Shown: positions 49,962 through 56,525 of the stretch, one piece after another
How the letters are laid out: each line of letters starts with the position of its first letter
How positions within the stretch are numbered: the first letter of the stretch is position 1
Source of the DNA: Myxococcales bacterium
GTDB lineage: Bacteria; Myxococcota; Myxococcia; Myxococcales; 40CM-4-68-19
Assembly: GCA_045802855.1 (NCBI GenBank)
Contig: JBJMQD010000095.1
Location: 1-56,525 of the forward strand
Reading direction: 5' to 3'
DNA length: 56,525 nt
Program-made: the position numbers and the translations under genes
The notes under the pieces: model-generated
What the model was told of the DNA's origin: nothing
Databases searched by the model: none
What the model saw: only the letters and a program-made list of their open reading frames with translations

Positions 49962-50615
49962 ATGACGATCCCCTGGATCTTCCTCCAACTCGTAGACTCC
50001 GCGCTGCCCACCGGTGGATTCGTCCACTCGGCGGGGCTCGAGTCGGCGTTCCAGCAGGGCGAGGTCCCGGATCTCCGCCGATTCATCCACGACGCGCTCT
50101 GGCTCGCCGGCCATTCCACATTGCCCCTCGCCTCCGCGGCGCACGAGCATCCGGAATCGCTCGCCCGTCTCGACGCGCGGGCCGATGCGTTCCTCGCAAG
50201 CGAGGTGGCGAACCGCGCCAGCCGGTTGCAAGGTCGCGCCTTCCTCGACGCATGCGCGAGGATCTTTCCGTCGGAGATCGCCGCCGTCCGTGACGAGGCG
50301 CGCGAAGCGCGCCTGCGATGCCATTTCGCGCCCGTCTTCGGGACGGTGCTACGGGCCCTCGGCGTCGGCATCGGAGACGCGCAGCAGCTCGTTCTCTTGC
50401 TCGCCGCTCGAGGTCTGCTCCAGGCCGCGGTGCGCCTCGGTCTCGCCGGAACGCACGAATCCCAGCGGCTCCTGCGAGAGCTCTCGCGGGACCTCGACGA
50501 CGTGCTCTGCCGGTGCGCGGATCTCCGCGAGGACGATCTCGCGCAGACGGCGCCGCTCGCCGATCTGCTCGGAGCGATGCACGATCGCTTGTACTCGCGG
50601 CTCTTCCAATCCTGA
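49962..50615 (+). CDS. ureF: Urease accessory protein UreF.
   Basis: [31 protein letters not shown] is the typical UreF N-terminal motif (SxLPxGxFxxSxGLE). Confidence 0.8.
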   Translation: MTIPWIFLQLVDSALPTGGFVHSAGLESAFQQGEVPDLRRFIHDALWLAGHSTLPLASAAHEHPESLARLDARADAFLASEVANRASRLQGRAFLDACARIFPSEIAAVRDEAREARLRCHFAPVFGTVLRALGVGIGDAQQLVLLLAARGLLQAAVRLGLAGTHESQRLLRELSRDLDDVLCRCADLREDDLAQTAPLADLLGAMHDRLYSRLFQS

Positions 50616-50683
50616 CCGAGGAGGGAGCGGGCTTTGCCCGCGCACGGGCGGAGGCCGAAGGCCGCAGCATACGGAGGACAATC

Positions 50684-51391
50684 ATGCACGACGGACACGA
50701 TCACGATCATCTCGGCCACCCGGGCCACTTCGACGAGCGCGGCGGGCCGCTCCCGCGCGACTACTCGCTGAGGGCGTTCACCGTCGGCATCGGCGGACCG
50801 GTCGGAAGCGGCAAGACCGCGCTCCTCCTCGCCCTCTGCCGCGAGCTGAGGGATCGCATCTCCCTGGGAGTGGTGACGAACGACATCTTCACCCGCGAGG
50901 ACGCCGAGTTCCTGGTGCGCAACGAGGCGCTCCCCAAAACGCGGATCCGCGCCGTCGAGACCGGCGGCTGCCCGCACGCCGCCATCCGCGAGGACATCAG
51001 CCACAACCTCCTCGCTCTCGAAGAGCTGATGGAGGAGGTGAGGCCCGCCCCCGAGCTTCTCTTCGTCGAGAGCGGCGGCGACAACCTCGCCGCGCAGTAC
51101 AGCCGCGAGCTCGCCGACTACACCATCTATGTGATCGACGTCGCCGGAGGGGACAAGGTGCCGCGCAAGGGCGGGCCCGGAATCACGCTGTCGGACCTCC
51201 TCGTGATCAACAAGACCGACCTCGCGCCGCTGGTCGGCGCAAATCTTTCGGTAATGGAGTCCGACGGACGGCGGATGCGAGGTTCCGGCCCCATCGTGTT
51301 CGCAGAGTGCACCCATGGGAAGGGAATCGCGCAAATCGCGCAAGCGATCCTGAACGCCCGACGAGGAGCGCTCGCCCGGCACCAATCGTGA
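50684..51391 (+). CDS. ureG: Urease accessory GTPase UreG with a His-rich N-terminal tail.
   Basis: ATG 50684 (with ACGGAGGA upstream). [15 protein letters not shown] is followed by the P-loop [14 protein letters not shown], then [13 protein letters not shown] and the NKTDL G4 motif. Confidence 0.9.
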   Translation: MHDGHDHDHLGHPGHFDERGGPLPRDYSLRAFTVGIGGPVGSGKTALLLALCRELRDRISLGVVTNDIFTREDAEFLVRNEALPKTRIRAVETGGCPHAAIREDISHNLLALEELMEEVRPAPELLFVESGGDNLAAQYSRELADYTIYVIDVAGGDKVPRKGGPGITLSDLLVINKTDLAPLVGANLSVMESDGRRMRGSGPIVFAECTHGKGIAQIAQAILNARRGALARHQS

Positions 51392-51455
51392 AATCTCCGT
51401 GAAATACAAAAGCGAACTTGACACATCACGCCACTCCGCCCTACACCTGTAAGGG

Positions 51456-51572
51456 ATGGATCGCAGCCCGCGAAGCGTAGACGTAGTTTCCGGAGCCGAC
51501 GCGGGCGCCCTCGTCCTTCTTAGCCTTAGCCTTCTTGGCCTCCTTCGCGAGGGGTGCGGGCCGCCGTTCTGA
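51456..51572 (+). promoter_or_regulatory. Candidate 38-codon Leu/Val-rich leader peptide ORF of the ilv-leu operon.
   Basis: My translation is MDRSPRSVDVVSGADAGALVLLSLSLLGLLREGCGPPF*. Of the 8 Leu codons, 6 are CTT. Three of the 4 Val codons end in A or T (GTA, GTA, GTT). A/T-ending codons like these are very unusual in this window. The ORF ends inside the antiterminator and terminator structures. Confidence 0.55.
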
Positions 51573-51595
51573 CCGAGAAAGATTCCGGCAAGAAC

Positions 51596-51632
51596 GAGCC
51601 CCGCACCGAAAGGTCGCGGGGCTCTTTTTTTT
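51596..51632 (+). terminator. Rho-independent terminator/attenuator upstream of ilvB.
   Basis: gagccccgc (51596-51604) pairs with gcggggctc (51616-51624). The stem extends through acc/ggt around a GAAA tetraloop and is followed by eight T (51625-51632). The ilvB ATG is 26 nt downstream. Confidence 0.8.
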
Positions 51633-51657
51633 CCCCCGTTCCGAGAAGGCAAGGCCG

Positions 51658-53361
51658 ATGAAGAGGACTGGAGCACAGACGATCTGGGAGGCCCTCGTCG
51701 CCGAAAGCGTCGACGTGGTCTTCGGGTACCCCGGCGGTGCCATCATGCCCGCCTACGACGCGCTCCCCCAGTACGCGATCCGCCATGTGCTGGTCCGGCA
51801 CGAGCAGGGAGCGGCCCACATGGCGGACGGTTACGCGCGCGCTTCAGGGCGCTGCGGCGTCGCCGTCGCGACCTCGGGCCCCGGTGCGACGAACCTGGTC
51901 ACGGGCATCGCCACGGCGATGATGGATTCGTCGCCGGTCGTCTTCATCACCGGTCAGGTGCCCTCGACGGTCCTCGGGACCGATGCCTTCCAGGAGACGG
52001 ACATCACGGGAGTCACCCTCCCGATCACCAAGCACAACTACCTCGTCACCCGCGTCGAGGATATCTACGGGACGATCCGCGAGGCGTTCCATCTTGCTCG
52101 CAGCGGGCGTCCCGGACCCGTACTCGTCGACATCACCAAGGACGCGCAGCAGGCCTCGATGGACTTCGAGCACGCGAGCCCTCCGCAGAGACCGAAGAAG
52201 GCGCCGGGCCATCCGCCGCCGGAGGAGCGCGATCTCGCGAGCGCCGCGCAGCTCATCGAGTCGAGCGAACGCCCGCTCGTGCTGGCCGGGCAGGGTGTGC
52301 AGGCCGGACAGGCGAGCGGACTCTTGCGAGAGCTGGTCGAGAAGGCGCAGCTCCCCGTCGCCTGTACGCTCCTCGGCCTGGGCGCCTTCCCCGCCTCGCA
52401 CCCGCTTTGCGTCGGCATGATGGGCATGCACGGCGAGGCCTGGGTGAACAAGGCCATCCAGGAAGCCGATCTCCTCATCGCCGTCGGGATGCGTTTCGAC
52501 GATCGCGTCACGGGAAACCTGCGCACCTACGCGGTGAACGCGCGCAAGATCCACATCGAGATCGATCCGTCGGAGATCAACAAGAACGTCAAGGTCGACG
52601 TCCCGCTCTGCGGCGAGGCCGCGCCGATCCTCGCGGACCTGATCCCGCGAGTGCACAACCACGACCGCCGCGCCTGGCTCGATCATCTCCACGAGATGAG
52701 CCACGACACGAAGGCCCGCGACATCGTCGCGCAGCCGCACGCCGTCGAGGCGCTCCACGCCGCGCACGTGATGCACGACCTCTGGCAGGAGACGGAAGGC
52801 AAGGCGCTGGTCGTCACCGACGTGGGCCAGCACCAGATGTGGGAAGCGCAGTACTACAAGCACGAGCAGACGCGGCAGCTCATCACTTCAGGTGGCCTCG
52901 GCACCATGGGTTTCGCGCTTCCCGCGGGTCTCGGCGCCCGCTTCGCGCGGCCGAACGACGACGTCTGGGTGATCGCCGGCGACGGCGGGTTCCAGATGAC
53001 CGCCTGCGAGCTCTCCACCTGCGCGCAAGAGGGCGTGAAGCTCAACGTCGCCATCATCAACAACGGCTACCTGGGGATGGTCCGCCAGTGGCAGGAGTTC
53101 TTCTACTCCGGCCGCTACGTCGCGACGCCCATCCGCAGCCCCGATTTCGTCAAGCTCGCCGAGGCGCACGGGCTCACCGGACTGCGGGCGACGACGCGGG
53201 CCGAGGCGCGCGAGGCGATGAAGCGCGCGCGCAGCCTGCCCGGCACCGTGGTGATCGATTTCCGCGTCGAGCCCGAGGACAGCGTCTACCCCATGGTCCC
53301 GGCGAACGCCGACCTGCGCGACATGATCCGAAGGCCCGCACCCAAGTTCGTGGAAGACTGA
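51658..53361 (+). CDS. ilvB: Acetolactate synthase large (catalytic) subunit.
   Basis: This is ORF 51535..53361, trimmed to MKRTGAQTIWEALVAESVDVVFGYPGGAIMPAYDAL (ATG 51658). The ThDP motif GLGTMGFALPAGLGA...GDGGFQM..ELST...NNGYLGMVRQWQ is present. Confidence 0.9.
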   Translation: MKRTGAQTIWEALVAESVDVVFGYPGGAIMPAYDALPQYAIRHVLVRHEQGAAHMADGYARASGRCGVAVATSGPGATNLVTGIATAMMDSSPVVFITGQVPSTVLGTDAFQETDITGVTLPITKHNYLVTRVEDIYGTIREAFHLARSGRPGPVLVDITKDAQQASMDFEHASPPQRPKKAPGHPPPEERDLASAAQLIESSERPLVLAGQGVQAGQASGLLRELVEKAQLPVACTLLGLGAFPASHPLCVGMMGMHGEAWVNKAIQEADLLIAVGMRFDDRVTGNLRTYAVNARKIHIEIDPSEINKNVKVDVPLCGEAAPILADLIPRVHNHDRRAWLDHLHEMSHDTKARDIVAQPHAVEALHAAHVMHDLWQETEGKALVVTDVGQHQMWEAQYYKHEQTRQLITSGGLGTMGFALPAGLGARFARPNDDVWVIAGDGGFQMTACELSTCAQEGVKLNVAIINNGYLGMVRQWQEFFYSGRYVATPIRSPDFVKLAEAHGLTGLRATTRAEAREAMKRARSLPGTVVIDFRVEPEDSVYPMVPANADLRDMIRRPAPKFVED

Positions 53362-53374
53362 AAAGGAATTACCG

Positions 53375-53917
53375 ATGCCGACGAAAAAGCCCTCCGCCCG
53401 CACCTTCCTCGCCACCGTCGAAGACAGGCCCGGCGTCCTCAACCGCGTGGTCTCGCTCGTGCGAAGGCGCGGCTACAACATCGAGTCGCTCGCGGTCGGC
53501 GCGACGGAGACCGCGAACGTGTCGCGCATCACCCTGGTGGTGCGGGCCGACGAGGAGACCGCGCGCAGGGTGCGGGCGAGCCTCCTCAAGCTGGTCGACG
53601 TGCTCCGGGTGGACGACGTCAGCAACTCGCCTTCGGTGATCCACGAGCTGGCGCTGGTGAAGGTCTACGCGCCCGACCACCAGCGCAACGAAGTGTTGCG
53701 CATCTGCGAGGCGTTCCGCGCGCGGATCGTGGATCTCTCGCCCGCCACCATCGTCCTCGAGATCACCGGCGGCCAGGATCGGATCGAAGGGCTTCTCGAA
53801 GTGCTCAGGCCCTTCGGGGTCGCCGAGGTGGTCCGCACCGGCGCCATCGCCATGCTGCGCGGCGGGGAGACGAAAGTGGCGGTTCCCGGAACGCAGGCCG
53901 AGGAGGTAGCGGCATGA
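53375..53917 (+). CDS. ilvN: Acetolactate synthase small (regulatory) subunit.
   Basis: ACT domain LATVEDRPGVLNRVVSLVRRRGYNIESLAVG.TE....SRITLVV, plus the ALS_ss_C part. Confidence 0.9.
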   Translation: MPTKKPSARTFLATVEDRPGVLNRVVSLVRRRGYNIESLAVGATETANVSRITLVVRADEETARRVRASLLKLVDVLRVDDVSNSPSVIHELALVKVYAPDHQRNEVLRICEAFRARIVDLSPATIVLEITGGQDRIEGLLEVLRPFGVAEVVRTGAIAMLRGGETKVAVPGTQAEEVAA

Positions 53918-55092
53918 ACGGGTCTTCCGACGGCATCGTAGTCTTCGACACCACGCTGCGCGACGGCGAGCAGGCGCCGGGCGCGAGCATGGACATCCAT
54001 CAGAAGATCCGCGTCGCCCGCGCGCTGCAGCGCCTTCACGTCGACGTCATCGAAGCGGGCTTCCCGGCCGCTTCTCCGGGCGACTTCGAGGCCGTCGCGG
54101 CCGTCGCCCGCGAGATCGACGGTCCGACCGTGTGTGCGCTGGCCCGCGCGGAGAAGCGCGACATCGATCAGGTGGAAGCGGCGCTCCGCGACGCGCGCCG
54201 CCGGCGCTGCCACGTCTTCCTCGCCACGAGCCCGCTCCACCGCGAGCACAAGCTGCACATGTCGCGCGAAGAGGTGGCGAGCCGCGCCGAGCAGGGCGTC
54301 GCGTACGCGCGCCAGTTCTTCGATGACGTCGAGTACTCCGCCGAGGACGCAGCCCGCACCGAGCCCGACTTCCTCGCCGAGGTGGTCGAGCGCGCCGTCG
54401 CCGCCGGGGCGACGACCATCAACATTCCCGACACCGTCGGCTACGCGCTCCCGAACCAGTTCGGCGCGCTCATCGCTCATCTGCGCAAGACCGTCCGCGG
54501 GATCGAGCGGGTGACGCTGAGCGTGCACTGCCACAACGATCTCGGCCTCGCCGTCGCGAACACCCTGGCCGCGCAGGAAGCGGGTGCGCGGCAGGTGGAA
54601 TGCACCGTCAACGGGATCGGCGAGCGCGCCGGCAACTGCTCGCTCGAGGAAGTGGTGATGGCGGTGCGCACCCGCGCCGACCATTTCGGTCTCGACACGT
54701 CCGTCCGCACCCAGGAGCTGGTCGAAGCGAGCCGCATCGTCTCAGAGGCGACAGGGTTCGTCGTGCAGCGCAACAAAGCCGTAGTAGGCGAGAACGCGTT
54801 CGCCCACGAGGCCGGAATCCACCAGCACGGCATGCTCCAGCACGCGCAGACCTACGAGATCATGCGCCCCGAGGACGTCGGATTCCCCTCGACGCGCCTG
54901 GTCCTCGGCAAGCACAGCGGACGCCACGTGCTGCGCAAGCGGCTCGAGGACCTGGGGCACGAGATCGACGCGCAGAAGCTCGATCGCGCGTTCGCCGAGT
55001 TCAAGAACCTCGCGGACCGGCGCAAGGAAGTCCACGACGTTGACCTGGAGGCGATCATGCGCCGGCTATCGCGCGTCGAGGCCCATCCGTGA
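53914..55092 (+). CDS. leuA: 2-isopropylmalate synthase / homocitrate synthase family enzyme, short form (392 aa) lacking the C-terminal LeuA regulatory domain.
   Basis: ATG 53914 overlaps the ilvN stop (ATGA). [34 protein letters not shown] and [21 protein letters not shown]...[20 protein letters not shown] are present. The stop follows immediately and overlaps the leuC start. Confidence 0.8.
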   Translation: MNGSSDGIVVFDTTLRDGEQAPGASMDIHQKIRVARALQRLHVDVIEAGFPAASPGDFEAVAAVAREIDGPTVCALARAEKRDIDQVEAALRDARRRRCHVFLATSPLHREHKLHMSREEVASRAEQGVAYARQFFDDVEYSAEDAARTEPDFLAEVVERAVAAGATTINIPDTVGYALPNQFGALIAHLRKTVRGIERVTLSVHCHNDLGLAVANTLAAQEAGARQVECTVNGIGERAGNCSLEEVVMAVRTRADHFGLDTSVRTQELVEASRIVSEATGFVVQRNKAVVGENAFAHEAGIHQHGMLQHAQTYEIMRPEDVGFPSTRLVLGKHSGRHVLRKRLEDLGHEIDAQKLDRAFAEFKNLADRRKEVHDVDLEAIMRRLSRVEAHP

Positions 55093-56504
55093 AGCCGCGC
55101 ACCCTGTTCGAAAAGGTCTGGGACGCTCACGTCGTCCGGCCGGAATCGGAAGACGCGCCGGCGGTGCTGTACGTCGATCTGCACCTCGTCCACGAGGTGA
55201 CCTCGCCGCAGGCCTTCACGACGCTGCGCGAGAAGGGTCTTCGCGTGCGCCGTCCCGATCGGACGCTCGCGACGATGGATCACTCCATCCCCACCCTGAA
55301 GAAAAACGGCCGATTCGAGATCTCCGACGCGGAGGGCGCTGCCCAGCTGCGCACGCTCGAGCAGAACTGCCTCGAATACGGGATCGAATTGCACGCCCTC
55401 GGCACCGAGGGTCAGGGCATCGTCCACGTCATCGGTCCGGAGATGGGCGCCACGCATCCCGGAAGCACCATCGTCTGCGGCGACAGCCACACCGCGACGC
55501 ACGGCGCGTTCGGCGCGCTCGCCTTCGGCATCGGGACGAGCGAGGTCGGTCACGTCCTCGCCACGCAGTGCCTGCTCCAGCGCAAGGCGAAGACGCTCGA
55601 AGTCCGCGTCGACGGCGGGCTCAAGCCGTTCGTGACGGCGAAGGACATCATCCTGGCGGTGATCGCGAAGATCGGCGTCGGCGGGGGCTCGGGGCACGTG
55701 ATCGAGTTCACCGGCAGCGCCATCCGATCGCTCTCGATGGAAGCGAGGATGACGGTCTGCAACATGGCGATCGAGGCGGGCGCTCGCGCCGGCATGATCG
55801 CCCCTGACGGCACCACCTTCGATTACCTGATCGGCCGCCCTCGGGCGCCGAAGCGCGAGGCCTGGGAGCACGCGGTGCGCCGCTGGGAGGATCTCCCGAG
55901 CGACGAAGGCGCGACGTACGACAAGTCCGTGACCATCGACGGGTCCGCGCTCGAGCCGATGATCACCTTCGGCACCAATCCCGGAATGGCGATCCCCATC
56001 CGCGGGGAAGTTCCGGATCCCGAGCGGATCGAGGGAGAGGCGGCCCGCGCGGGCCTCGTCAAGGCGCTCCGCTACATGGGCCTGCGGGGCGGGACTCCGC
56101 TCCTCGGCCATCCCATCGACGCGGTGTTCATCGGAAGCTGCACCAATTCGCGCATCGAGGATCTGCGCGCCGCCGCTTCCGTCCTGCGCGGGCGGAAGGT
56201 AGCTCCCGGGGTGAGGACCCTCATCGTTCCCGGATCGCACCAGGTGAAGAAGGTGGCGGAGCAGGAAGGCCTCGACCGCGTCTTCCTCGAGTCCGGAGCC
56301 GAGTGGCGCGAGCCGGGCTGCTCGATGTGCATCGCGATGAACGGCGACATGCTCGAGCCGGGCCAGATCGCGGTTTCGACGAGCAATCGGAACTTCGAAG
56401 GAAGGCAAGGAAAGGGAAGCCGCACGCTTCTTGCAAGTCCCTTGACGGCCGCGGCCGCCGCCGTGGCCGGCCGGGTCGCCGACCCGCGCGAGCTGGGGAA
56501 ATGA
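55089..56504 (+). CDS. leuC: 3-isopropylmalate dehydratase large subunit.
   Basis: GTG 55089 overlaps the upstream stop (GTGA). [36 protein letters not shown] and the [10 protein letters not shown] / [10 protein letters not shown] aconitase-family motifs are present. Confidence 0.9.
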   Translation: MKPRTLFEKVWDAHVVRPESEDAPAVLYVDLHLVHEVTSPQAFTTLREKGLRVRRPDRTLATMDHSIPTLKKNGRFEISDAEGAAQLRTLEQNCLEYGIELHALGTEGQGIVHVIGPEMGATHPGSTIVCGDSHTATHGAFGALAFGIGTSEVGHVLATQCLLQRKAKTLEVRVDGGLKPFVTAKDIILAVIAKIGVGGGSGHVIEFTGSAIRSLSMEARMTVCNMAIEAGARAGMIAPDGTTFDYLIGRPRAPKREAWEHAVRRWEDLPSDEGATYDKSVTIDGSALEPMITFGTNPGMAIPIRGEVPDPERIEGEAARAGLVKALRYMGLRGGTPLLGHPIDAVFIGSCTNSRIEDLRAAASVLRGRKVAPGVRTLIVPGSHQVKKVAEQEGLDRVFLESGAEWREPGCSMCIAMNGDMLEPGQIAVSTSNRNFEGRQGKGSRTLLASPLTAAAAAVAGRVADPRELGK

Positions 56505-56525
56505 GCATGGAAAAAGTCACCCGGA
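56501..56525 (+). CDS. leuD: Probable start of the 3-isopropylmalate dehydratase small subunit. Only 8 codons are in the window.
   Basis: ATG 56501 overlaps the leuC stop (ATGA) and reads MSMEKVTR.... The call rests on position and coupling only. Confidence 0.4.

Noticed and set aside
51441-51746. A 101-aa minus-strand ORF containing KEAKKAKAKKDEG, antisense to the ilv leader.
   Set aside because: The Lys/Ala repeat is simply the reverse complement of the CTT/AGC-rich leader-peptide region. The ORF overlaps the ilvB start and the terminator. The plus-strand leader plus terminator explains the sequence better.
1-56525. tRNA or rRNA genes, CRISPR arrays, insertion sequences, integrases and prophage genes.
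   Set aside because: I checked the intergenic regions (about 2000-2470, 9124-9366, 14004-14223, 24025-24318, 34066-34251, 36430-36575 and 51392-51657). None shows tRNA-like cloverleaf arms, repeat-spacer periodicity or terminal inverted repeats. No ORF resembles a transposase or recombinase.

Overview
This is a very GC-rich bacterial chromosomal segment; third codon positions are almost always G/C. It is densely packed with about 55 protein genes. I recognised no rRNA, tRNA, CRISPR array, transposase or integrase. A MYXO-CTERM sorting tail, several sigma-54 (GG-N10-GC) promoters, a sigma-54 enhancer-binding protein and an orphan groEL paralog suggest Myxococcota, but that assignment is inference.

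Gene content, left to right:
- Two paralogous lipoproteins with InlB-B-repeat-like domains. The first runs off the left edge and has a broken signal peptide.
- A MYXO-CTERM-anchored lyase-like protein.
- A retropepsin-like/PDZ protein.
- A cNMP-CBS-DUF294 nucleotidyltransferase translationally coupled to a DEDDh exonuclease, convergent with yjcH(DUF485)-actP.
- A five-gene, overlap-coupled operon: MoxR/CoxD-like ATPase, VWA/CoxE-like protein, molybdopterin-binding protein, SufU, SufS.
- A minus-strand hsp20-groEL-PAS kinase-degenerate receiver string, facing a plus-strand receiver + kinase pair.
- A form II coxS-coxL-coxM molybdenum hydroxylase.
- An OM beta-barrel protein, a Zn-ADH and a DUF885 lipoprotein.
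- Two tandem TRL-like lipoproteins divergent from an RND pump + adaptor.
- A DHOD-like protein, a GST, a hypothetical membrane protein and a ParD/ParE pair.
- A nitrogen-scavenging island: amt, a GAF-sigma54 activator, a porin, urtA, then urtBCDE-ureD-ureAB(fused)-ureC-ureF-ureG.
- An ilvB-ilvN-leuA(short)-leuC-leuD' operon preceded by a leader-peptide attenuator.

The observations I consider most worth following up:
- An AT-rich 12-mer, GACAATTTCGTC, is shared by the amt and urt control regions and sits upstream of sigma-54 promoters.
- A rare-codon Leu/Val leader peptide with antiterminator and terminator structures precedes ilvB. It is paired with a LeuA that lacks the feedback domain.
- A hairpin in the hsp20 5' UTR sequesters the Shine-Dalgarno sequence.
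- The Cox-maturation genes are coupled to sufU-sufS.
- The DUF294-exonuclease pair sits next to acetate uptake genes.

All calls come from reading the sequence and the ORF track. No database searches were run.
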